From NCBI GenBank assembly GCA_965221125.1, contig CBDCRW010000006.1, positions 800,001 to 864,000 of the forward strand: a stretch of DNA of 64,000 nucleotides. The letters are read 5' to 3'. Positions 12,025 to 21,394 of this stretch are shown piece by piece. A program made the position numbers and the translations under genes. This DNA is from Alphaproteobacteria bacterium. Lineage in GTDB: Bacteria; Pseudomonadota; Alphaproteobacteria; UBA828. The notes under the pieces were generated by a model. That model saw only the letters and a program-made list of their open reading frames with translations. It made no database searches and was not told the DNA's origin. Numbering within the stretch: position 1 is the first letter of the stretch; every line of letters starts with the position of its first letter.

Positions 12025-12220
12025 TATATTACGTATTTGCGATGTCTCAGAAATTATGTCCCTCAAGAATTCACGGCATGGAAGCCATTTGGCCTCCGGC
12101 CCCGCTGGTGCTCTCCAGAGCTGTTCGGTGTCGTCGTCCGACCCGAAGGGCGACGCTGACCATGACCTTGATGAGAAATGCGGGCTGAAGCGTTGCCGTT
12201 TTGCACGGATTGGCTTTAAA

Positions 12221-12344
12221 GCGGTCCATTCCGGTCTATACCGGTCCAAAGTGGTCCAAAGTGGCCCAAAGTGGTCCGAAACGAGCGGCCCAAAGTGGCC
12301 CAAAGTGGCCCAAGGCGGCTCATGGTGGCCCAAGCTGGCCCGTC
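12221..12344. repeat. Tandem array of about 12 degenerate 10-bp units, consensus GTGGYCCAAA
   Basis: Units at 12221, 12231, 12241, 12251, 12261, 12271, then a 4-bp interruption (ACGA), then 12285, 12295, 12305, 12315, 12325, 12335. Confidence 0.9.
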
Positions 12345-12509
12345 CCGGCGGCGGCTGGAGTCCGATGGACAAGCCCCCGGCCATCGGGCGGTTCTCCGGG
12401 GCCGCGCCGGCCTGGCTTTCAATGGAGGGGCGACGGTCTGCGCGCTGCATCCGCAGAGCCTGCCCCCGCCCGCCGGCCCCGTGCACCGCACCATGGTGCG
12501 GGCAAGCCC

Positions 12510-13295
12510 CTATAGCTCGACGTCGACTCCCACCGGGCAGTGGTCGGAGCCCATCCGGTCGGGCCACATGAAGGCGCCCTGCACCCGCTTCATCGCCGCC
12601 GGCGAGGCGAGCACGTAGTCGATCCGCCAGCCGACGTTGCGCTCCCGCGCGCCGCCCCGCTGCGACCACCAGGAGTAGCGGTCCGGCTCGTCCGGGTGGA
12701 ACGCGCGGAAGGCGTCGACCCAGCCGGCCTCCAGCCAGCGGTCGATCTCGGCCCGTTCCACGGGCAGGAAGCCGCTGTTCTTCTCGTTGGCCTTGGGCCG
12801 CGCCAGGTCGATCGCGCGGTGCGCGGTGTTGTAGTCGCCGATCACCAGCACCGGGCAGCGGCGGCGCATGCGCTGCACCCGCTCGAACACCGCGCGGTAG
12901 AAGTCGAGCTTGTAGGGGACCCGGCTGTTGTCCCGGTCCTTCCCGTCCCCCTTGGGGAAGTACGCGTTGACCACGGCGAAGCGCCCGCGCTCGGTGCGGA
13001 AGTGCCCGGCCATGTAGCGGCCCTCGACATCGAAGCGGGCGATGCCGAGCCCGGCTTCCACGCGCTCGGGCTGGAGCCTCGAGTAGAGGCCGACCCCGCT
13101 GTATCCCCTGCGCTCGGCCGCGACGAAGGCCGTGTGCCAGCCGGCCGGCATGCGTGCTTCCTCGGGAATCTCGTCGTAGAGCGCGCGGACCTCCTGCACG
13201 CCCACGATGTCGGCCTCCGCGCGGGCGAGGAAATCCGCGAAGCCCTTCTTCACGCAGGCCCTGATCCCGTTGACGTTCCAGCTCACGACGCGCAT
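12510..13295 (-). CDS. xth: Exodeoxyribonuclease III (AP endonuclease)
   Basis: MRVVSWNVNGIRA, QEV, GYSGV, GDYNTAH, GWRIDY and GSDHCP motifs; start at ATG 13295. Confidence 0.95.
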   Translation of the reverse strand: MRVVSWNVNGIRACVKKGFADFLARAEADIVGVQEVRALYDEIPEEARMPAGWHTAFVAAERRGYSGVGLYSRLQPERVEAGLGIARFDVEGRYMAGHFRTERGRFAVVNAYFPKGDGKDRDNSRVPYKLDFYRAVFERVQRMRRRCPVLVIGDYNTAHRAIDLARPKANEKNSGFLPVERAEIDRWLEAGWVDAFRAFHPDEPDRYSWWSQRGGARERNVGWRIDYVLASPAAMKRVQGAFMWPDRMGSDHCPVGVDVEL

Positions 13296-13633
13296 CGGCT
13301 GCCCCTCGGCCTCCCCTACGATAGCATGACCGCTCCGCGCTAAGGTGGGGCGGCGAACGCCGCGAGACAACGGTTCTGTCGCGAGAGAGGGAACAGGGCA
13401 TGGCGGGCGCGATCCCCTCGCGCGCCCGACGATCGCACTCCCGCCCTTCCGTCGCCGCCGGCCGTGGAACGCGACGTTCCTAGAACGCGACGTTCCTTGC
13501 CCGCGCTTCGGTGCGCCGCTACCGTTTCGCAAAGGGCCGGGACGCCGCGCCCCTCCCGATCCTGCGGACAAGAGCGCTGAAAGAGCGCCCGGACGCACGA
13601 GTCCGAGAAGGGCCGCGAGCGGGAGAGAAGGCG

Positions 13634-15073
13634 ATGAAGCTCACGGACTATGCCGCCCACGATGCCCTGGGTCTGGCCGCGCTGGTCAAGAGCGGCGAGG
13701 TGACGGCGGAGGAGTTGCTCACCTGCGCGCTCGAAGCGGCGGAGGCGCTCGACGGCGACCTCAACGCCATCGTCCGCTCGATGGAGGCGGAGGCACGGGC
13801 CGCCATCGCGAACGGCGTGCCCGACGGGCCGTTCGAAGGCGTGCCCTTCCTGCTCAAGGACATCACGCTCTCCTACGCGGGCGTGCCTACCGATTGCGGC
13901 AGCCGCTTCTTCAAGGGCTGGACCCGCGACTTCGACAGCGAGATGGTGGTGCGGTGGAAGCGCGCCGGGCTCGTGATGTTCGCCAAGACCAACACGCCGG
14001 AGGCAGGCTCCAGCGGCTCCACGGAGCCCGTGGCCAACGGCCCCACTCATAACCCGTGGAAGCTCGGCTACTCGCCCGGCGGCTCCAGCGGCGGCTCGGC
14101 GGCCGCGGTGGCGGCAGGCATCGCGCCGGCCGGCCACGCCAACGACGGCGGCGGCTCGATCCGCATCCCGGCGTCGGCCTGCGGCCTGGTCGGACTCAAG
14201 CTCAGCCGCGGGCGCACGCCCAACGGCCCCGACTTCGGCGAGCTCTGGAACGGCATCGCCATCGAGCACGTGGTGACGCGCAGCGTGCGCGATTGCGCCG
14301 CCCTGCTCGATGCGACCGCCGGCCCCGGCATCGGCGAGCCATACCACGCGCCGCCGCCGGCGCGGCCCTTCTTGGGCGAGGTGGGCGCCGATCCCGGCCG
14401 GCTCAGGATCGGGATCTCGACGAAGGCGCCGACGGGCACCCCGGTCGATGCCGATTGCGTCCGCGCGACGGAAGCGGCGGCGGCGCTGCTGGAGGACCTG
14501 GGCCATATCGTCGAGCCCGCCGCGCCCGCGTTCGACGTCGAGACCATGTTCGACGGCTGGACCAGGATCTTCCAGGCGAACGAGGCCTGGGCCTTCGACG
14601 GCCACGGCGAGGCGACCGGGCAGACGCCTTCAAGTGAGAACACCGAGGCCAACAACCTCCATTTGATCGAAGCGGGGCGCAAGCTGAGCGGCGCCGACGT
14701 GCTGCAGGGGATCGCCGACGTCCACGCGACGACGCGGGACTTCGCGCGCTTCTACGAGCATCACGACATCTGGCTGACGCCGACGCTCGGCACCGCGCCG
14801 CCGCCTCTGGGTCACCTCTTCGCCGACGATGACGCCGAGGTCTTCTTCGAGCGACTGATGGCGTTCATCCCGTTCACGCCGATCTTCAACTGCACCGGCA
14901 ACCCGGCGATCTCGCTACCGCTTCACTGGAACGCGGAGGGGCTGCCCATCGGCGTGCACTTCGGCGGCCGCATGGCCGACGAGGCGACGCTCTTCCGCCT
15001 CGCAGCCCAGCTGGAGGAAGCCCGCCCCTGGCGCGACCGTCACCCGGAAACGGGCGTCTGGTCCCTCGGCTAG
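13634..15073 (+). CDS. Amidase signature family protein
   Basis: [34 protein letters not shown]; start at ATG 13634 after GGGAGAGAAG. Confidence 0.93.
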   Translation: MKLTDYAAHDALGLAALVKSGEVTAEELLTCALEAAEALDGDLNAIVRSMEAEARAAIANGVPDGPFEGVPFLLKDITLSYAGVPTDCGSRFFKGWTRDFDSEMVVRWKRAGLVMFAKTNTPEAGSSGSTEPVANGPTHNPWKLGYSPGGSSGGSAAAVAAGIAPAGHANDGGGSIRIPASACGLVGLKLSRGRTPNGPDFGELWNGIAIEHVVTRSVRDCAALLDATAGPGIGEPYHAPPPARPFLGEVGADPGRLRIGISTKAPTGTPVDADCVRATEAAAALLEDLGHIVEPAAPAFDVETMFDGWTRIFQANEAWAFDGHGEATGQTPSSENTEANNLHLIEAGRKLSGADVLQGIADVHATTRDFARFYEHHDIWLTPTLGTAPPPLGHLFADDDAEVFFERLMAFIPFTPIFNCTGNPAISLPLHWNAEGLPIGVHFGGRMADEATLFRLAAQLEEARPWRDRHPETGVWSLG

Positions 15074-15078
15074 ATCCC

Positions 15079-16146
15079 TTAGCTGGCTTCTCCCTCGTCC
15101 GGCGTAAGGCAGTCGGCGAACGAAGCGGCCATGTTGCTAAGCAGCGTGAAGTAGAGTTCCGGCCCGTCCTCGATCGACGCGCCCAGGGGGTCGACGGTGC
15201 CGGAGCGCACGTCGCTGCCTTCGATGACGGTCCGCACCAGGCGCCGGTCGAACTGCGGCTCGTCGAAGACGCAGACCACGCCCATCTCCTCCACCCTCTG
15301 GCGGAGTTGGAAGATGCGCCGCGCGCCGGGCGGGCGCTCCGGGCTCACGACCACCGAGCCTGCGGCGGAGAGGCCGAAGCGGTCCTCGAAGTAGCGGTAG
15401 CCGTCGTGGAAGACGATGAACGGCACGCCGCGCGCCGGCGCCACCCTCTCGGCGATGTCCCCGGTCAGGCTGTCCAGGCGCTGGAGCAGGGCGTCGACGT
15501 TGGCGTCGTAGGTGGCCGCGTTGGCGGGGTCGACCTCGCTCAGGGCGCCGGCGATCGCCCGCGCCATCGTCCAGCCGTTGATCGGGTCGAGCCAGACGTG
15601 CATGTCGTAGGGGCCGTGGGCATCGCCCTCGTCGGCATGGTCGTCGTGGCCGTGCCCGTGACCATGATCGTCGTCATGGTCGTCATGATGCATCGCTTCG
15701 TCGTCGTGGTCGTCGTGGTCCGCGTGGCCGTGGCTGCCGTGGTCGTGGTCCTCGAACGCGCCGCCCTCGCGGATCGTGCGCAACACCAGGCCCGGCGTGT
15801 CGGCGAGCCTGACCACGGGGGCGTCGCCTGCGAGCGAATCCACCGGGCCCGAGAGCGCGGTCTCCATCGTGTCGCCGACCATGAAGATGATGTCGGCATC
15901 CTCCAGCGCGGCCGCGTCCGAGGGGCGCATGGTGAAGGTATGCGGCGACGCGTTGCCCCGGATGATGAGGTGGGGCTCGCCGACGCCCGCCATCACGGCG
16001 CTCACCAGCGAGTGCACCGGCTTGATCGACGCGACCACCCGAAGCCCGTCGTCGCCCGCCGCCGGGCCGGCGGCGGCCCCGCCGAGGAATGCTGCCGTGG
16101 CGAGCGCAAGGGGGAGATGTCGTGCTGCCATCCGTGAACGATCCAT
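15079..16146 (-). CDS. znuA: Zinc ABC transporter substrate-binding protein with His/Asp-rich loop
   Basis: Signal peptide, VVASIKPVHSLV, SPHTFTMRPS, long His-rich loop, DMHVWLDP, VFHDGYRYFE. Confidence 0.9.
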   Translation of the reverse strand: MDRSRMAARHLPLALATAAFLGGAAAGPAAGDDGLRVVASIKPVHSLVSAVMAGVGEPHLIIRGNASPHTFTMRPSDAAALEDADIIFMVGDTMETALSGPVDSLAGDAPVVRLADTPGLVLRTIREGGAFEDHDHGSHGHADHDDHDDEAMHHDDHDDDHGHGHGHDDHADEGDAHGPYDMHVWLDPINGWTMARAIAGALSEVDPANAATYDANVDALLQRLDSLTGDIAERVAPARGVPFIVFHDGYRYFEDRFGLSAAGSVVVSPERPPGARRIFQLRQRVEEMGVVCVFDEPQFDRRLVRTVIEGSDVRSGTVDPLGASIEDGPELYFTLLSNMAASFADCLTPDEGEAS

Positions 16147-16185
16147 GGTTGCGTCTCCGTCAATCGGGCGGGCGTGGTCAAGCGT

Positions 16186-16202
16186 ACGTTATAATATAAT
16201 GT
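16186..16202. promoter_or_regulatory. Zur box upstream of znuA
   Basis: ACGTTATA-A-TATAATGT compared with the proteobacterial Zur core ATGTTATA-N-TATAACAT; 40 bp upstream of znuA. Confidence 0.8.
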
Positions 16203-16243
16203 TCTGCTTGCATACCGGCGCGCTGAGGCCGGGTGCGGGCAAC

Positions 16244-17233
16244 TCAGCCGAGCGGCGTGTCGAGAAAGGCGATGAACGAGACCAGGCCGACGAGTGTGAC
16301 CAGGGCGGCGCCGGCGTAGTTCATGCCGTGGCGGAGGGTGCTGGCCCCGCCGCCGCCGGAGCGCTCCACGACCCGCATCGCGGCCTGCCGCGCGAGGATC
16401 GCGCCCACTCCCAGCACGCAGATGCTCGATCCGATGCCGAGCGACATCGCGGCCACCAGCAGCGTGCCGGGAACGATCATGTCGTTCGCCACCGCGTACA
16501 GCATGATCAGCACGGCGCCGGGGCAGGGGACCATGCCGGCCGCGAGCGCCAGGATGCCGCCTTCCGCCCGGCTGCCGTGGCCGTGGTGGTGATCGTGCCC
16601 GTGGTCATGATGGTGCCCATGACCGTGACCATGGGCGCGCCGTCCCAGCGACCCGCGCACGGCCCGATAGAGCATGTAGAGGCCGATGCCGACGATAATG
16701 AGGAAGCTCGCGGCGCGCACGCCCGGCACGTCCGCGAGCCCGAGCCCGAAGCCGCCGCGCAGCACGAGGTCGGCCAGCCAGACGATGACGATGGCGGCGA
16801 TGACGTGGACGATGGCGATCTGGACCGCCATCACCACGCCGCGCATCACCCGCGCCTCGCGCCCGAGGAAGTAGGACACGACGACGAACTTGCCGTGCCC
16901 CGGCCCGAACGCGTGCACGGCGCCGTAGGCGAACGCCACCGCAAGCGCGAGCAGGAAGGCGCCGAAATCCTCGCCGCGCTCGATGGCGTTCATGTGGAAG
17001 GCGACCTCGGTGTTGGCGCGGCGCTGGAAGTCCACCAGGACGTCCGTCGCCCTCTCGAAGAGGCCGCCGCCTTCGTCCACGATCTCGACCGCGACGGGGG
17101 CCGCCGCTCCCGCATTGTCTTGCGCGAGCGCGAGCGGTGCCGCGAAGAGGCTCGCCAGGAGGCCGATTCCGGCGACGAGCAGCAGCGTGAGCGGACCGCA
17201 GCCTCGTCGCCCGTGAAGCCGGAGGGGCGTCAC
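16244..17233 (-). CDS. RcnA/NiCoT-like metal transporter (ZevB-like)
   Basis: YGAVHAFGPGHGK motif, His-rich loop, GMVPCPGA; follows a DUF1007 gene. Confidence 0.85.
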   Translation of the reverse strand: MTPLRLHGRRGCGPLTLLLVAGIGLLASLFAAPLALAQDNAGAAAPVAVEIVDEGGGLFERATDVLVDFQRRANTEVAFHMNAIERGEDFGAFLLALAVAFAYGAVHAFGPGHGKFVVVSYFLGREARVMRGVVMAVQIAIVHVIAAIVIVWLADLVLRGGFGLGLADVPGVRAASFLIIVGIGLYMLYRAVRGSLGRRAHGHGHGHHHDHGHDHHHGHGSRAEGGILALAAGMVPCPGAVLIMLYAVANDMIVPGTLLVAAMSLGIGSSICVLGVGAILARQAAMRVVERSGGGGASTLRHGMNYAGAALVTLVGLVSFIAFLDTPLG

Positions 17234-17236
17234 CGC

Positions 17237-17828
17237 CTAGCCCTCGCAGGCGAGCGTGACCGGCCGCGGGTGGCCCGATTGCGCCCCCGTGCCGCGCGCG
17301 ACGCGGAACGAGCATCCGGGCCCCATCGCGCCGCTGGCCAGCACGAAATCCGAATCCGGGAAGCTGAAATCGACGACGTTTTCTCGATCGAACAGGCTGA
17401 CCGTCACGGGATCGCTCGTCGGGTCCAGCGGCGGCGCAAGGGGCACGGAAAACGCGTAGACCAGCGTTGCGTCCTCGATCCGCGCCGAGAATTGATCCAC
17501 GTCGACGCCGTGGCGTTTCTCGTCACCCGACCACACGTGCACGTGGTAGTCGGCGGCCGAGAGCGGATCGAAGGTCTCGGCCCGCAGCTTCCCGGCCTCG
17601 AGGGGATCGAGCGCGCCGTCCCCGTCCAGATCGTAGGTGCGGATGGCGTGGGCGCTGTAGAAGTCGTCGAAGGCCCAGGAGAACGTCAGCCCGCTGACCC
17701 GCCGATCGTCGAACGCCACGGCGATCGTGGTCTCGACCCAGACGTCCGGGTTCGCGCGCGCCTCGGTCGCCGCCAGCGACACGGCCACGGCGACACCCAT
17801 CGCCCCCATCCTGCCGATCGCCGCCATG
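17237..17828 (-). CDS. DUF1007 family periplasmic protein (ZevA-like); start uncertain
   Basis: Signal peptide ending ARA, W.FDDFYS, EF-hand-like DLDGDGALDPLE; 3 bp from the transporter gene. Confidence 0.75.
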
Positions 17829-17926
17829 GCCGAATTAAGTGACATGTAAGGCAACATGTCAATCGACCTGTGCGCGAATCAGGCGTCGCCAGAGACCGTA
17901 TCCGTGACCTCAGTAAGAAATTCGGG

Positions 17927-18673
17927 CTAAGGCTCGAGGTCCATCCGCGGCAGCGAGACGTGCGTCGTCGAGTCCGTCAGCGCCTCCATCACCTTCCGCT
18001 GGCTTCCCCGCAGGGCCCTCTCGGTCAGCCGCGCGGCGCGCTCCCCGTCGCCGTCGATCAGCGCCGTCACCAGATCGTCGTGGAAGTGGTGGAACTCGTG
18101 CTCCCGCCGCTGCATCGCGAGCCCTAAGTGCACGATGCGCTCGTGCTGCTCCATGAGGCCGACGACCAGCGTGACCAGGCGCTGGTTGCCTGTGCTCTCC
18201 GCGACATAGCGGTGGAACTCGCGGTTCGCCCGCAGGTACGCCGCCTGGCCGGCCTCGTCGCCCGCCGGATAGGCCGCATGAGCGGCTTCGTTCAGCGCGC
18301 GCAGCCGGGCCGCATCCACCTTGCCGGCGGCGAGCCGGACGGCGGTGACCTCGAGCACGAGGCGCAGCTGGAAGATCTCCTGGATGTCGCGCAGCGTGAC
18401 CGGGGAGACCGCGTTCCCCTGCCTGCCGCGCGAGACGATCAGTCCCTCCTGGCGGAGCCGCATCATGGCGCTGCGGATCGGCGCCTTGCTCATGCCGTAG
18501 CGCGCGAAGAGCAGGCCCTCGGAGATTTCCTCGCCGGGCTGCAGGGCGCAGGAGATGATGTCGTCCTTGATGCGCGCGTAGGCGATATCGTTCAGGCTTT
18601 GTGCGCTGGCCTCTTTACTGTCTCTTTTAGTGCCCGCATTTGGCCGGGCCTCGCGATGTCTTTCGGAACTCAT
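17927..18673 (-). CDS. GntR family (FCD) transcriptional regulator
   Basis: AYARIKDDII...LQPGEEISE...MSKAPIRSAMMRL..EGL wHTH, and NREFH FCD motif; start at ATG 18673. Confidence 0.9.
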   Translation of the reverse strand: MSSERHREARPNAGTKRDSKEASAQSLNDIAYARIKDDIISCALQPGEEISEGLLFARYGMSKAPIRSAMMRLRQEGLIVSRGRQGNAVSPVTLRDIQEIFQLRLVLEVTAVRLAAGKVDAARLRALNEAAHAAYPAGDEAGQAAYLRANREFHRYVAESTGNQRLVTLVVGLMEQHERIVHLGLAMQRREHEFHHFHDDLVTALIDGDGERAARLTERALRGSQRKVMEALTDSTTHVSLPRMDLEP

Positions 18674-18789
18674 GGATGGCCGTGTCCCTGCCGGCGGCTT
18701 GCCGAGAAGGCGTCCGCGCGAAGTTCTGATGGTAGCACGGCACCGTGCATACGTTTGCCGTCTGCACGGGTGAGAAATGCGGGCTAGGG

Positions 18790-19254
18790 CTAGGCCGGCC
18801 CGTCGCGCGACGGGACCTGGGCCAGCGCGCGGCCGGAGAGGACCACCTGATCGCCGACCGAGCACGTGGTCTCGAACTCGACGCGGCGGCGCTCCGGGAT
18901 CAGCCGGTCCACAACTGCGCGCGCCACCACCTCGTCGCCGGGCCTGACCGGCGCGGTGAAGCGGAGCGTCTGCGAGAGGTAGATGCACCCCGGCCCCGGC
19001 ATGCGGGTGCCGATGACCGTCGAGATCAATGCTGCGGTGCACATGCCGTGCACGATGCGCCCGCCGAAGCGGGAGCGTTCGGCAAAGTCGTCGTCGAAGT
19101 GGAGCGGATTGTCGTCGCCGGTGAGGTCGGCGAAGAGCCGCATCTCCTCGTCGCCGATCGTGCGCCGGAATTCGGCGCTCATGCCGATCGCCAGATCCTC
19201 GAAACAGTAACCGGACCGGGCATCGTCCGGGGTCGCGACGGCAGCCTGCTCCAT
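18790..19254 (-). CDS. MaoC/PhaJ-like (R)-enoyl-CoA hydratase
   Basis: FADLTGDDNPLHFD, RIVHGM, PGPGCIYLSQTLRF. Confidence 0.9.
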   Translation of the reverse strand: MEQAAVATPDDARSGYCFEDLAIGMSAEFRRTIGDEEMRLFADLTGDDNPLHFDDDFAERSRFGGRIVHGMCTAALISTVIGTRMPGPGCIYLSQTLRFTAPVRPGDEVVARAVVDRLIPERRRVEFETTCSVGDQVVLSGRALAQVPSRDGPA

Positions 19255-19463
19255 GATCGAATCCCCTCCCTCGGCGTTGCGGAACGCCCGATTGTGCAGT
19301 GCAACATGACGCCTGTAAAGCGTGGGTCCGTGCCCCATCGCCACCGCCGCCCGTGCGTCTGCGCGGCCGCCCTGTTCGCCACCGCAGGCGCACGGTATAT
19401 GTGACGCTTCGGCCGGGGCGGCGGCGCGAGCCGTCGGCACGAGAGCAAGCGGGAGGAGAACCG

Positions 19464-20999
19464 ATGGCCAAGTTTCCGACGGTGCGCACACCGACGATCG
19501 AGGAGATCCTGGATATCGCCGAAGGCTACGGCATGACGATCACCGTTGAGGACGCGGAGTCCTATCGCGGGATCATGGCGGGGACGATCGCGTCCTATCA
19601 CCGGCTCGACGATCTCGACGAGCCGAAGCTTCCGGTGAAGTATCCGCGCAGCCCCGGCTACCGGCCGCCGCCGGAGGAGAACCCCTACCACGCCTGGTAC
19701 TGGAAATCCGAGGTCAAGGGCCGGAGCGGCGGCCCGCTCAAGGGCAAGAAGGTCGCGCTGAAGGACAACATCTGCCTCGCCGGCGTGCCGATGATGAACG
19801 GGGCCACGGTGCTCGAGGGCTACGTGCCCGATATCGACGCGACCGTGGTGACGCGCATTCTCGATGCCGGCGGCACCATCGTCGGCAAGGCCGCCAACAC
19901 CTACCTCTGCTTCGATGGCGGCAGCGCCACCACCGCCACCGGCATGGTCGATAACCCGCACAAGCCGGGCTACACCTGCGGCGGCTCGTCCGCCGGCAGC
20001 GGCGTGCTGGTGCTCACCGGCGAGGCCGACATGGCGCTCGGCGGCGACCAGGGCGGCTCGATCCGCATGCCCGCATGCTGGTCCGGCATCTACGGCCACA
20101 AGCCCACGCACGGGCTGGTCCCCTACACCGGGATCTTCCCCATCGAGCAGACCCTCGACCACACCGGCCCGATGGCGCGCTCGGTGGCGGACGTGGCGAG
20201 CCTGCTCCAGGTCATCGCCGGCCCCGACGGCCACGACCCGCGCCAGATCGGCACCAAGACCCAGCGCTACGTCAACGCGCTCGACAAGGGCGCGAACGGC
20301 ATGAAGATCGGCGTCGTCACCGAGGGCTTCGGCCACCCCGAGAGCGAGGACGCCGTCGACAACACGGTCAGGGCCGCGGTCCGCCGCTTCGCCGAGCTCG
20401 GTGCGGCGGTCGACGAGGTCTCCATCCCCATGCACCGCGACGGGCCGCATATCTGGAACGGCATCGCCGTCGAGGGTGCGACGTCGCTGATGCTGAAGGG
20501 CAACGGCCTCGGCACCAACTGGGAGGGCTACTACACGACCACGCTGCTCGACGCCTACGCCAGGGGCTGGCGCTCGCGGCCGGACGATCTCTCCGAGACG
20601 GTGAAGACGGTCATGATGCTGGGCGACTACATGCACCGCAACTACCACGGCCGCTATTACGCCAAGGCGCAGAACCTGAGCCGCAGGCTGCGCGATACCT
20701 ACGACGCGGCGCTGGCGGAGTACGACGTGCTCGCGATGCCGACGCTGCCGATGCTGGCGACCAAGCTGCCGGAGCCCGACTGCTCGCGCGAGGAATATGT
20801 CGATGTCGCGCTCAACATGCTGGCGAACACCTGCCCGTTCGACGCCACGGGCCATCCGGCCATGACGGTGCCCTGCGGCAAGGAGGACGATTCGCCCGTC
20901 GGCCTGATGCTGATCGGCAAGCGCTACGACGACGCGACCGTCATCCAGGCCGCGGCCGCGTTCGAGTCCCTCGGCGTCTACACGGTGTCGACCGTGTAG
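19464..20999 (+). CDS. Amidase (type related to nitrile-hydratase-associated amidases)
   Basis: LKDNICLAGVPMMNG, GGSSAGS, GDQGGSIRMP, YYAKAQNL, NTCPFD; RBS GGAGGAG before ATG 19464. Confidence 0.92.
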   Translation: MAKFPTVRTPTIEEILDIAEGYGMTITVEDAESYRGIMAGTIASYHRLDDLDEPKLPVKYPRSPGYRPPPEENPYHAWYWKSEVKGRSGGPLKGKKVALKDNICLAGVPMMNGATVLEGYVPDIDATVVTRILDAGGTIVGKAANTYLCFDGGSATTATGMVDNPHKPGYTCGGSSAGSGVLVLTGEADMALGGDQGGSIRMPACWSGIYGHKPTHGLVPYTGIFPIEQTLDHTGPMARSVADVASLLQVIAGPDGHDPRQIGTKTQRYVNALDKGANGMKIGVVTEGFGHPESEDAVDNTVRAAVRRFAELGAAVDEVSIPMHRDGPHIWNGIAVEGATSLMLKGNGLGTNWEGYYTTTLLDAYARGWRSRPDDLSETVKTVMMLGDYMHRNYHGRYYAKAQNLSRRLRDTYDAALAEYDVLAMPTLPMLATKLPEPDCSREEYVDVALNMLANTCPFDATGHPAMTVPCGKEDDSPVGLMLIGKRYDDATVIQAAAAFESLGVYTVSTV

Positions 21000-21046
21000 C
21001 GCGTATAGCGTGTATCGGGCAGCCGGCCCCGCCGCCGCCGATACCA

Positions 21047-21083
21047 GGGGCGCCTCCCATCGCGGGCGGCGCCCCACTCTTCC
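21047..21083 (+). terminator. Possible terminator hairpin after the amidase
   Basis: GGGGCGCC...GGCGCCCC stem followed by a weak pyrimidine tract. Confidence 0.3.
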
Positions 21084-21394
21084 GTTGGGCGCACACCAGC
21101 AGAGCCGGCATGTATTTTGAGGGTGTTCGGCATAGAGCCGAGTGTGCAAGGATTCCCTCCGAGTCACCAAATGACCATCGTGTGGCACACGGCGTTACGG
21201 CGCGGAGGCGATGGTAGTGCGAGGCTTGAAGGTCAGCTACCCAGCTGCTCGCCAGTCCACCAGGATCGACATGGGAGAGAGTGTGAGCATCAACCCCACG
21301 CCAGCGGTGTTGGGGAGCGCCGATTTGCACGGCATGACCACACAGGGCAGGACGCAGAGACCACATTCGTGACGATTCAGTAGAACCTTACGCA

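Noticed and set aside
12221-12344. CRISPR array
   Set aside because: Units are 10 bp and contiguous, with no unique spacers and no cas genes.
13467-13497. LexA (SOS) box for xth
   Set aside because: The spacing fits neither alphaproteobacterial GTTC-N7-GTTC nor Gram-positive GAAC-N4-GTTC.
15640-15750. GAC/CAC-rich repeat in znuA
   Set aside because: Encodes the normal His/Asp-rich loop of ZnuA proteins.
17927-19489. 520-aa extended GntR or MaoC-GntR fusion
   Set aside because: The extension is an off-frame read over the MaoC gene, which has its own frame and stop; the GntR domain starts near 18673.
21211-21372. 53-aa ORF upstream of the protease as a third cassette gene
   Set aside because: GGAGG is only 2 nt from the ATG and the peptide has no recognisable features; it cannot be supported.
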